Below are positions 1 to 7,305 of a DNA stretch of 10,792 nt, in pieces. Numbering within the stretch: the first letter of the stretch is position 1; each line of letters begins with the position of its first letter. Origin of the DNA: Candidatus Eiseniibacteriota bacterium (GTDB lineage Bacteria; Eisenbacteria; RBG-16-71-46; DASYSL01). The stretch spans positions 1 through 10,792 of the forward strand of contig JBKJJJ010000178.1 in NCBI GenBank assembly GCA_046598045.1, given 5' to 3'. The notes beneath the pieces are model-generated. The model made no database searches, was not told the DNA's origin, and saw only the letters and a list, made by a program, of their open reading frames with translations. The position numbers and the translations under genes were made by a program.

Positions 1-2
1 AT

Positions 3-332
3 GCACAGGAGGTCGCCAGCGGCCAGATGATGGGCGCTCCCTTCAGCGGAATGGGAATCTACGGTTACGACAACGTGATCGGCAAGTACGTTTCGACTTG
101 GATCGACAACATGGGCACCGGGATCATGCACAGTCAGGGGACGATCGATCCGAGTGGCAAGGTGATCCACTGGACGAGCACCATGTCGGATCCCATCAGC
201 GGTAAGCCGACGGTCGAGCACATGGTCACCACCTGGTCCGACGACAATCACTACATGCTCGAGATGTACGGCACGCCGCCGGGCGGCAAGAAGAAAATGA
301 AGATGATGACCATCGAGTACGCGCGCAAGTAA
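3..332 (+). CDS. DUF1579-family protein, 3' part (5' end outside the window)
   Basis: The frame is open from base 3 (AQEVASGQMMGAPFSGMGIYGYDNVIGKYVSTWIDNMGTGIM...MMTIEYARK, TAA 330-332). The GQMMGxPFxGxGxxGYDN...YVSTWIDxMxTG and terminal IEYxRK patterns are recalled as typical of DUF1579 beta-barrel proteins. Confidence 0.8.
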   Translation, partial: AQEVASGQMMGAPFSGMGIYGYDNVIGKYVSTWIDNMGTGIMHSQGTIDPSGKVIHWTSTMSDPISGKPTVEHMVTTWSDDNHYMLEMYGTPPGGKKKMKMMTIEYARK

Positions 333-336
333 CGAT

Positions 337-378
337 GGCGATCTTTCCACAGCGGTGGCGCAGGTGAAGAGGATTGCC
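337..378. terminator. Imperfect hairpin between convergent genes, possible terminator
   Basis: GGCGATCTT (337-345) pairs with AGGATTGCC (370-378) using G-U pairs, with inner CAC/GTG and GCG/CGC pairs. No U-tract is present. Confidence 0.3.
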
Positions 379-388
379 CCACCCTGGG

Positions 389-1048
389 TTATCGGGACTC
401 GTCGCGCTTCGGCTGCCCATAGGTCTTGAACCGTTCGATCACCTTGTCCATCTCCGCGTCCCACAGGATCGTCGCCGGGCCGACGGTCAGCGTGGAGATG
501 TACTGCGCGGCCAGCCACTCCACCTCCTCGATCAGGTCGAGCGTGGGCAGCGGGCGCTGCCCGAGCGCGATCGAGCCGTGGTTCGCGAGCAGGCATGCCG
601 TGCGATCGCGCAACGCGTCGACCGCGTTGCGCGCAAGCTCGAGCGACCCGAACGTGGCGTAGGGCGCGCAGCGGATCGAGCGCCCGCCTGCGATCGCGAC
701 CATGTAATGGAACGCGGGGATCTCGCGGCGCGCGCACGCGAGCGCCGTCGAGTGGCGCGGGTGGGCGTGGACGATCGCATGGATGTCGGCCCGCGCACGG
801 TAGATCTCGCGGTGGAGTTGCCATTCGCTCGAGGGCACGAGGCTGCCGGTCGCCGGCGCGCCGGAGCCGTCCACGCGCACGATGTGGTCGGGCCCGAGCA
901 TGTCGTAGGCGACGCCCGAGGGCGTGACCAGGAACCCGTCGCCCAGCCGTGCGCTCGCATTCCCCGACTTGCCGGCGGTCAGACCGCGCGAGCGCAGGCC
1001 GCGCGCGGCGACGACGATCTCTTCCCGTAGCAGCCGTTCGTCAGGCAC
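389..1048 (-). CDS. Class II aldolase (FucA/Ald2-like), probable 5-methylthioribulose-1-phosphate / 5-deoxyribulose-1-phosphate aldolase
   Basis: Motifs SGNASAR, TPSG, PSSEWQLH (catalytic Glu), HAH and LANHG (Zn-binding His), FHYMVA and APYATFGS. The likely start is GTG at 1048, 7 nt after GGGGAG, and the gene overlaps the 3' end of mtnA (GTGCCTGA). 219 aa. Confidence 0.88.
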   Translation of the reverse strand: MPDERLLREEIVVAARGLRSRGLTAGKSGNASARLGDGFLVTPSGVAYDMLGPDHIVRVDGSGAPATGSLVPSSEWQLHREIYRARADIHAIVHAHPRHSTALACARREIPAFHYMVAIAGGRSIRCAPYATFGSLELARNAVDALRDRTACLLANHGSIALGQRPLPTLDLIEEVEWLAAQYISTLTVGPATILWDAEMDKVIERFKTYGQPKRDESR

Positions 1049-2156
1049 GGACACGCTCCCCGAGCGGCAGGAGGCCCTCGCGGCTGGCGGCGAACACGCC
1101 GTGCTCGGTGACGATGCCCGTGACCAGGCGCGCGGGCGTGATGTCGAACGCGAAGTTCGCGGCGCCCGTGGCCTCGGGAGCGATGCGCACCGCCTGGACC
1201 TGGCCGCTCGCGCCGAGGCCGCGCGCGTGCGTGACCTCGTCCGTGGAGCGCTCCTCGATCGGGACCTGGAGGACGCCGTCGTCGAGCGTCCAGTCGATGC
1301 TCGAGGTGGGCACGCACGCATAGAACGGCACGCGGTTGTCGCGCGCGGCGAGCGCGACCAGGTAGGTGCCGATCTTGTTGCACACGTCGCCCGAGGCGGT
1401 CGTGCGGTCGCTGCCGACGAAGCACACGTCGGCGCGCCCGCGCTGGAGCACGTGGCCGGACATGGTGTCGGTGATCAGCGTGTGCGGCACGCCGGCCGCG
1501 CCCAGCTCCCACGCGGTCAGGCTCGCGCCCTGGCCGCGCGGGCGCGTCTCGTCGACCCACACGTGGACCGGGATGCCGGCCTCGCGCGCCTTGTACACCG
1601 GTGCGAGCGCGGTGCCCCAGGCGCCGGTCGCGAGCCAGCCGGCGTTGCAGTGCGTGAGCACGTGGAGCGCCTCGGCGCGCGGGTCCCGCTCGCGGCGCGC
1701 GCGCCACAGCGCCTCGAGCAGCGCGAGCCCGTGGTCGCCGATCGCGGAGCATACCGCGATCTCGTCACTCAGGATCCGCTGCGCCTCGTCCCACGCGCAG
1801 GCAGCGCGGTCGCCCGGCCGTGCGCCCGCTAGCGCGGCGCGCACGCGCGCGACCGCCCACGCGAGATTGATCGCGGTCGGCCGCGTCGCGATCAGCTCGC
1901 GCGCGGCAGACTCCTCGGCGGCGGGGGAGGCATCGGCGCGCAGGGCGAGCGCGAGCCCGAATGCCGCCGCCACGCCGATCAGCGGCGCGCCGCGCACGCG
2001 CATCGAGCGGATCGCCTCGGCGACCTGCTCGAGCCGCTCGAACGCGAGCACGCGGGACTCGTGCGGCAGGAGCGTCTGGTCGAGCGCGTAGACGCGGCCG
2101 GGGAGGGCCTCGGTCCACAGGCTCTGGGGCGGCTTGCCTTCGGGGAAGGGGAGCAT
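1041..2156 (-). CDS. mtnA: S-methyl-5-thioribose-1-phosphate isomerase
   Basis: Motifs LDQTLLP, MRVRGAPLIG, ATRPTAINL, LTHCNAGWLAT, DETRPRGQG, GSDR, NKIGTY and NFAFDITP. ATG at 2156 gives 371 aa, whereas the longer ORF to 2426 overlaps the upstream gene. Confidence 0.95.
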   Translation of the reverse strand: MLPFPEGKPPQSLWTEALPGRVYALDQTLLPHESRVLAFERLEQVAEAIRSMRVRGAPLIGVAAAFGLALALRADASPAAEESAARELIATRPTAINLAWAVARVRAALAGARPGDRAACAWDEAQRILSDEIAVCSAIGDHGLALLEALWRARRERDPRAEALHVLTHCNAGWLATGAWGTALAPVYKAREAGIPVHVWVDETRPRGQGASLTAWELGAAGVPHTLITDTMSGHVLQRGRADVCFVGSDRTTASGDVCNKIGTYLVALAARDNRVPFYACVPTSSIDWTLDDGVLQVPIEERSTDEVTHARGLGASGQVQAVRIAPEATGAANFAFDITPARLVTGIVTEHGVFAASREGLLPLGERVRA

Positions 2157-2162
2157 GGCCGC

Positions 2163-2171
2163 AATGTGCCA
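2163..2171 (-). promoter_or_regulatory. Putative extended -10 element for leaderless mtnA
   Basis: The minus strand reads TG-G-CACATT-GCGGCC-ATG, i.e. a TGn + CAnnnT hexamer 6 nt before the start codon. No Shine-Dalgarno sequence is present. Confidence 0.4.
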
Positions 2172-2221
2172 GAAATCCGTCCCGCACGCGAGGCCCGCAC
2201 GCCGGACCGCGCGCCCGGCGC

Positions 2222-3322
2222 TCAGGGGGCGAGCCCGCGCCGGGCGTTGCGCAGCGCGCGGTCGTACGCCGCCGGCAGGCGCGACGGGCGGCCCGAAGCG
2301 TTCCACCAGTGCGGCAGTTCGCCGTAGATCCACACGTAATCGTCGGCCAGCTCGAGCGCCCGCCTCACCGTCGCCTGGAACGCAGCGGCGGGGCGATAGT
2401 TCCTGGTCGAGGTGGTGGGGTTCCACCCGCGGTGTCGCCAGTCGTGGTCGAGCCAGATGCCGAACGAGTTCGAGACCACGCGGCGATACTTCACCGGGTC
2501 CGTGACGAACGCGAGCACCATCGAGTCCTGCACCGCGACGTAGCCTTCGACCTCCTTCGGCGTGCGCACGGGGTAGGAGGCCTCGAGGCCGTCGACGATG
2601 CGCGCCGAGTCGCTCGCGGCGAGCACCATGCCGTCGACGAACGGCGCGAGCAAACCGTACGGGCCCTTGTCGAGCGCGACCGGCTCCCAGCGCGTCTGGA
2701 TCGCGGTGTGGGTCGCGCCCAGCGTGAGAAAAACGGTCAATCCGGGGTAGCCGCGCTCGAGCGCGCGCATGACCTCCCGGCCGCGCTGCCGCGCCTGCGC
2801 GGCGTATTCATCGTATGAATGACGATCACGATCGTGCTGCTTCGAGTAGTCGAACAGCGGGCCCTCGTAGGTCTCGGTGTCGAGCAACACGCCCTTCGAG
2901 TTGCCGCGCCGCGCGATGCTGGCGCCGAGCGTGAGGTTCGAGAGCACGGCCGAGTAGTCGTCGAACCAGTCGAGCCGCCCGGGCGTGACGTTGATGCGCA
3001 GGAAGTTCGAGCGGAAGCGCTTGAACGGCGTGGCGCGGAGGTTGCGCAGGTCGTCTGCGAGTTCCTGCCCGGTGAACACGCGCGTGCCCCAGGACTGCCA
3101 GCCGAACACTCCGAGCTGTCCATCCGGCCGCGGCCCGCCCACGTGATAGACGCAGCCGTCGAACGGCGAGGCCTCGAGCTGCGCGAGGTGGCGCCGCATG
3201 AACGCGGGGTTCGGTTCGTCCCAGCCCATCTCGATCAGGCGCTTGGCGGCGGTGGCGGGAGACGCGTCGAGCGCCCCTATCAGGGCGAGGACCGCGGCCA
3301 GGGTGGCAATCGGGAGGCGCAT
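2222..3322 (-). CDS. Secreted hypothetical protein, possible TIM-barrel glycoside-hydrolase-like fold
   Basis: Signal peptide MRLPIATLAAVLALIGALDASPATA; protein-like composition; motifs LIEMGWDEP, PFDG, GVLLDTETY and DDYVWIYGE. 366 aa. Confidence 0.75.
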   Translation of the reverse strand: MRLPIATLAAVLALIGALDASPATAAKRLIEMGWDEPNPAFMRRHLAQLEASPFDGCVYHVGGPRPDGQLGVFGWQSWGTRVFTGQELADDLRNLRATPFKRFRSNFLRINVTPGRLDWFDDYSAVLSNLTLGASIARRGNSKGVLLDTETYEGPLFDYSKQHDRDRHSYDEYAAQARQRGREVMRALERGYPGLTVFLTLGATHTAIQTRWEPVALDKGPYGLLAPFVDGMVLAASDSARIVDGLEASYPVRTPKEVEGYVAVQDSMVLAFVTDPVKYRRVVSNSFGIWLDHDWRHRGWNPTTSTRNYRPAAAFQATVRRALELADDYVWIYGELPHWWNASGRPSRLPAAYDRALRNARRGLAP

Positions 3323-3329
3323 GCCGCCG

Positions 3330-3335
3330 AGCCTA
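3330..3335 (-). promoter_or_regulatory. Putative -10 element (TAGGCT) for a leaderless transcript
   Basis: The minus strand reads TAGGCT-CGGCGGC-ATG, a TAnnnT hexamer 7 nt before the start at 3322. No SD. Confidence 0.5.
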
Positions 3336-3353
3336 CACGCCGCCCGGTGCGGA

Positions 3354-3362
3354 TGCTAGGAT
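3354..3362 (+). promoter_or_regulatory. Putative extended -10 element (TGcTAGGAT) for a leaderless transcript
   Basis: TG-C-TAGGAT-GCGCCC-GTG: the hexamer ends 6 nt before the GTG at 3369. No SD. Confidence 0.55.
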
Positions 3363-3368
3363 GCGCCC

Positions 3369-4337
3369 GTGCGACGCCGCCTGCTCGCGTTCCTGATCCT
3401 GCCGGCCCTGCTCGTGGCCGGCCTGTTCCTCCCGCTCTCGCCGCGCGGGCTGGTCTCGCATCCCCGTCCCGCCAGGACCTACGAGGACGCGCTCAACCGC
3501 GTCGTTGCGCTCCAGGCGGAGGACGACCCGCGCATCTCCCCCGAGTGCCGCACGACGCTCTACACGCACGGACGGCGCGTGCGCCAGGTGATCGTGATGT
3601 TCCACGGCCTGACCAACTGCCCGGCGCAATTCGATTCGCTCGCGCGCCTCGCGTTTGCGCGCGGGGCGAACGTGTTCGTGCCGCGCATTCCCCGCCATGG
3701 CTTCGGCGACCGCATGACCGACCAACTCGCGCACGCGGACGCGCGCGAGTGGTGCGCGTTCACCGACAGCGTGATCGACGCCGCGCGCGGCCTCGGCGAC
3801 ACGGTCACCGTGGTCGGGCTGTCGGTCGGCGGGACGCTCGCCGCGTGGGCCGCGCAGGAGCGCCCCGACGTCGAGCGCGTGGTGCTGATCGCGCCCATGA
3901 TCGGCGTCGCGAAGGCGCCGGGCGCGTGGACGCCGGTGGTCGCGCGCCTGACCGCGCTCCTGCCGAACCTGTTCGTGTGGTGGGACGGAAAGAAGAAGAC
4001 CGAAGTCGCCGGCCCGAAGCACGTCTACCCGCGCTTCGCTTCGCGCGCCGTCGCCGCGACGCTGCTGGTCGGCGGGGCGACGATGCAGTCGGCGCAGCAC
4101 GAGGCTCCCGGCGCGAAGCGCGCGGCCCTGATCACCGTGGGCGGCGACCAGGCGGTGGACAACGGGGCGGTCGCCGAACTGGGGCGCCTCTGGGAGAAGT
4201 CGCGGCCCGGGACCGTCACCCTGCGCTACGAGTTCCCGGCCGAGCGTCACCTCAGTCACGACGTGGTGGACCCCGAGCAGGCGGGCGGCGACCCGCCGTT
4301 CACCTACCCGGTGCTCGAGCGCGCGATCGGGCCCTGA
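3369..4337 (+). CDS. Alpha/beta hydrolase (carboxylesterase/lipase-like) with N-terminal membrane anchor or signal
   Basis: Hydrophobic N-terminus, oxyanion motif FHGLTNCP, nucleophile elbow GLSVGG, candidate Asp in GDQAVD and candidate His in HLSHD. 322 aa. Confidence 0.88.
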   Translation: MRRRLLAFLILPALLVAGLFLPLSPRGLVSHPRPARTYEDALNRVVALQAEDDPRISPECRTTLYTHGRRVRQVIVMFHGLTNCPAQFDSLARLAFARGANVFVPRIPRHGFGDRMTDQLAHADAREWCAFTDSVIDAARGLGDTVTVVGLSVGGTLAAWAAQERPDVERVVLIAPMIGVAKAPGAWTPVVARLTALLPNLFVWWDGKKKTEVAGPKHVYPRFASRAVAATLLVGGATMQSAQHEAPGAKRAALITVGGDQAVDNGAVAELGRLWEKSRPGTVTLRYEFPAERHLSHDVVDPEQAGGDPPFTYPVLERAIGP

Positions 4338-4353
4338 CGCCCAAGGAGGATTC

Positions 4354-5130
4354 ATGTCCACACCGGATACCGCACCGAGCCCGCGCGAGGAGCGCGTGAC
4401 GATCGCCACCGTCGACGGCGCGATGGAAGCCTATGTCGCGCGCCCCGCGGCGCCGGGGACGTTCCCCGCGCTGGTGGTCGTGCAGGAGGCGTTCGGCGTG
4501 AACGACCATATCCGCGATGTGTGCCGGCGCTTCGCGCGCGAGGGCTACGTCGCGCTCGCGCCCGAGATCTTCCACCGCGAGGGGAAGGGGATCGAGATCC
4601 CGTACGGCGACATGCCGCCCGCGATGGCGCAGATCGCGCTCCTGACCAACGACGGACTCGAGGCCGATCTCGCCGCCGCGTTCGACTACGCGCGCGCGGA
4701 CGACGAGGTCGACCCGTGGCGCGTCGGGCTGGTCGGTTTCTGTATCGGCGGTTTCGCGGCGTTCCTCGGCGCGTGCCGGCTCGATCCGACCGCGACGGTG
4801 TCGTTCTATGGCGGCGGGATCGTGCGCCCGCGGAACGGCATGAAGATCGAGCCCGTCCTCCCCGAGGCGGCCGCGATCGACGCGCCGCTGCTCTGCCTGT
4901 TCGGATCCGAGGACGGCGGGATCCCACCGGACGACGTTGCCGCCATCGGCAGGGAGCTCGACCAGCGCGGGATCGGCTCCGAGGTGGTGGTCTACGAGGG
5001 CGCGAAGCACGCGTTCTTCTGCGACGCGCGGCCCGCCTACCACCCTGAGGCCACGGCGCAGGCGTGGCAGCGCACGCTCGCCTGGTTCGAGCGCTACGTG
5101 CGCGGGGCTGCGGCGGCGACTAGAAGCTGA
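4354..5130 (+). CDS. Dienelactone hydrolase family protein
   Basis: Motifs VVVQEAFGVN, GYVALAPE, GFCIGG (Cys nucleophile), FYGG, EDGGIP and HAFFCD..RPAY. Strong SD AAGGAGG at 4343-4349. 258 aa. Confidence 0.93.
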   Translation: MSTPDTAPSPREERVTIATVDGAMEAYVARPAAPGTFPALVVVQEAFGVNDHIRDVCRRFAREGYVALAPEIFHREGKGIEIPYGDMPPAMAQIALLTNDGLEADLAAAFDYARADDEVDPWRVGLVGFCIGGFAAFLGACRLDPTATVSFYGGGIVRPRNGMKIEPVLPEAAAIDAPLLCLFGSEDGGIPPDDVAAIGRELDQRGIGSEVVVYEGAKHAFFCDARPAYHPEATAQAWQRTLAWFERYVRGAAAATRS

Positions 5131-5224
5131 CGGTCAACTCGTCGTCAGCGCGTCGCCGCGCCTGGGGCGCCTGCCAGGGCGAGCGTGGCGATCCGCGAGA
5201 ACGCGGGGACGTCGCGGTTCCAGC

Positions 5225-7054
5225 TCATGCCGCGGCCTCCAGGAAGCGGTCCCGGGAGGGGACCCGCAGTTCGAATCGGCTGCCCTTGCCGACCTCGCTC
5301 GTGAGCGTGATCGTGCCGCCGTGCGCCTCGGCGATGCCGAGCGCGGTGGCGAGGCCGAGGCCCATGCCGGCCGAGTTGAAGTCGAGCGTGCTCGACGAGT
5401 GGTGATTCTTCGATTCCCCGAGCGGCATCGCGCGCTCGAACACGCGCGCCTGGCGATCGGGAGGAATGCCGACGCCGCTGTCCTCGACCGCGATCACGAC
5501 CTCGTCCGTGCGCGCCTCGTAGGTCGCGATCACGCGCACCGCGCCGCCGTCAGGCGTGAAGCGGATGCCGTTGCTGACGAGCTGCGACAGCGCCTGCGCG
5601 AGCTGCTCGCCGTCCACTTCCGCGGGCTCGAGTCCGGGCTCGATCTCGGTCGTGATCTCCACTCCGCGCTCGCGCGCCAGCGCCTTGGCGCTCGCGATCG
5701 CGTCGTCCACCAGCGTGGCCACCTCGTGCGGCGCCCGCGCGAGCACGAGCCGACGGCCGTCGATCTGCGCCATCACGGTGGCATTCGCGGCGATACGCGA
5801 CAGCCGCGAGAGGCTGTCGTCGATCGCGACCAGGGCTCTGTCCTGTTCCGGTGTGATGGGCCCGAGTTTGCGGTCCGCCAGCAGCTCCTGGAAGCAGCGG
5901 ATGATGCTGATCGGCGTGCTCAGCTCGTGCGAGGCCACGCTGATGAACTCGCTCTTCACGCGCGCGAGGTCCTCGAGGCTGCGGACGTAGCTGCGCTGCT
6001 GCTTGCGCATGTCGAGGAAGCGCGCGGTCAGGTAGCCGACCTCGTCGCCGCTCGGCACCTCGAGGTCGAAGTCGTAATTGCCGCGCTCCATCTCCTCGGC
6101 GCCGCGCACGAGCTGGCGCAGCGGCGCAACCACCATTTGCGCGACCAGCAAACCCGCGAGCAGCGCGATCAGCGCGGCGATGAGCCCGAGCAGCGAGAGG
6201 TCCTTCTGCATGCGCCGGAGCGCGGCGGTCTCGGCGTCGAGCGAGCGCTGGATCAGGTAGACCTGCCCGCTCGCCGGGTCCGAGCCCGGGATCGGCGCCG
6301 CGATCGTGAGGAAGGTCTCGCGCGGGCCGTGCACCTCGAACACGGCCGCCGGGTCGCCCGGGAGCGACGGGGCAAGCCGTGAGCGATCGAGCGCCGCCAT
6401 CGCGGTCGCGCGCTTCACGTCGGAGCCGAGCGTCGTCCCCGTGACCGCGCTGCCGCAGAGAAACGTGACCTCGCTGTGCGTGAGGTCGCGCAACTTGAGC
6501 GCGAGATCCCGGCCGATGCCCTCGCCCAGCAGCAGCGCGCCGACGATGCGGCCGCCCGCGGTGACCGGCGTCGCGGAGACGAGGTAGTGTCGGTTCGCGT
6601 CGATCAGCACGCCGGTGACCGCGCGCCCGGTGAGCGCCTTGCGCACGAGTGCCGCGCGGCTCTTCCGCGCGACCGACGCGCGGCCGACCGAGCCGAGCGT
6701 GCGGTTCCTGGTGTCCACGACCTCGAACAGCTCGCTCTCCGTGATCCGGTTGAACTCGCGGGCGACGCCGGTGACGGTCGCCCGCAGCTGCTGCTCCTGG
6801 CCGGTGTCGGGCAGCGTGAGTACGGAGAAGAAGCGCGGGTCCTGCACGATCACCATGCCGGCGACCGCGAGCTCGCGCGTGCGCGCCGCGAGCATGTCCT
6901 CGAACACGGCGGAGGCGCGCGTCAGGTCCTGGCGGACGGTGGTCTGCACCTGGGACGTCACGCTGCGGTTGACCATTGTGAGCGTGCCGAACGTCAGCGC
7001 CACCAGCGGCGGCACCGTGAACAGCAGGATCTTCCAGCGCAGGCGTAGGCGCAT
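5225..7054 (-). CDS. Membrane sensor histidine kinase (TM, Cache-like extracytoplasmic domain, TM, HAMP, HisKA, HATPase)
   Basis: Two hydrophobic segments, HAMP (PLRQL...GDEVGYL), H-box SEFISVASHELSTP, N-box LVSNGIRFT, G1 VEDSGVGI, G2 GMGLGLA and terminal SEVGKGSRFELRVP. 609 aa. Confidence 0.95.
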   Translation of the reverse strand: MRLRLRWKILLFTVPPLVALTFGTLTMVNRSVTSQVQTTVRQDLTRASAVFEDMLAARTRELAVAGMVIVQDPRFFSVLTLPDTGQEQQLRATVTGVAREFNRITESELFEVVDTRNRTLGSVGRASVARKSRAALVRKALTGRAVTGVLIDANRHYLVSATPVTAGGRIVGALLLGEGIGRDLALKLRDLTHSEVTFLCGSAVTGTTLGSDVKRATAMAALDRSRLAPSLPGDPAAVFEVHGPRETFLTIAAPIPGSDPASGQVYLIQRSLDAETAALRRMQKDLSLLGLIAALIALLAGLLVAQMVVAPLRQLVRGAEEMERGNYDFDLEVPSGDEVGYLTARFLDMRKQQRSYVRSLEDLARVKSEFISVASHELSTPISIIRCFQELLADRKLGPITPEQDRALVAIDDSLSRLSRIAANATVMAQIDGRRLVLARAPHEVATLVDDAIASAKALARERGVEITTEIEPGLEPAEVDGEQLAQALSQLVSNGIRFTPDGGAVRVIATYEARTDEVVIAVEDSGVGIPPDRQARVFERAMPLGESKNHHSSSTLDFNSAGMGLGLATALGIAEAHGGTITLTSEVGKGSRFELRVPSRDRFLEAAA

Positions 7055-7055
7055 G

Positions 7056-7157
7056 TCAGTACGCGAGGTCCAGGGTCACTTCGCCCGACGCGGGCACCTT
7101 GACGGCGCGCGGGACGGCCAGTGCGAGGTTTGGAATACGCTGTGCGGTATGAGGCAT
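7056..7157 (-). CDS. 33-aa mini-ORF or gene remnant directly upstream of the kinase (MPHTAQRIPNLALAVPRAVKVPASGEVTLDLAY)
   Basis: ATG at 7157 (alternative ATG at 7163) follows AGGGA. The TGA at 7058-7056 is 1 nt from the kinase ATG (TGACATG). 20 of the last 21 sense codons end in G/C. Confidence 0.5.
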   Translation of the reverse strand: MPHTAQRIPNLALAVPRAVKVPASGEVTLDLAY

Positions 7158-7226
7158 GGCCATCCCTGGGAGCCACCGAAGGCTCCATGCCGGTCCTGGA
7201 ATCCGCTTCCTTGCGCTTCCATGGAG

Positions 7227-7254
7227 ATATCGGCGCGGCGGGGGCCTCCCTTGA
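7227..7254 (-). promoter_or_regulatory. Sigma28 (FliA/SigD)-like promoter facing the mini-ORF and kinase
   Basis: The minus strand reads TCAAG-N15-GCCGATAT, close to the TAAAG-N14-GCCGATAA consensus (spacer 1 nt longer). Confidence 0.55.
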
Positions 7255-7305
7255 CCCGGAACTGGCCGTGGGACGCGGGGTTGAGTCCGCGGCCGGGCGG
7301 GCGTA

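Noticed and set aside
1049..1321. N-terminal extension of the aldolase (310 aa ORF)
   Set aside because: It lies inside mtnA in another frame and is low complexity. An SD and GTG at 1048 give a normal-length aldolase.
2157..2426. N-terminal extension of mtnA in the ORF track (461 aa)
   Set aside because: It overlaps the upstream gene and is Arg/Pro/Ala-rich shadow sequence. MtnA motifs begin only after ATG 2156.
5131..5224. GC hairpins between the dienelactone hydrolase and the kinase
   Set aside because: The stems are short and imperfect with no U-tract, as expected by chance at this GC content.
2819..6382. Long alternative-frame or antisense ORFs (2819..4399, 3333..4409, 4937..6382 and similar ORFs elsewhere in the window)
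   Set aside because: These are expected shadow ORFs in GC-rich DNA. They overlap well-supported genes and carry no recognisable motifs.
7076..7222. Alternative minus-strand small ORF (MEAQGSGFQDRHG...)
   Set aside because: It lacks the G/C third-position bias and coupling to the kinase start that the 7056-7157 frame shows.
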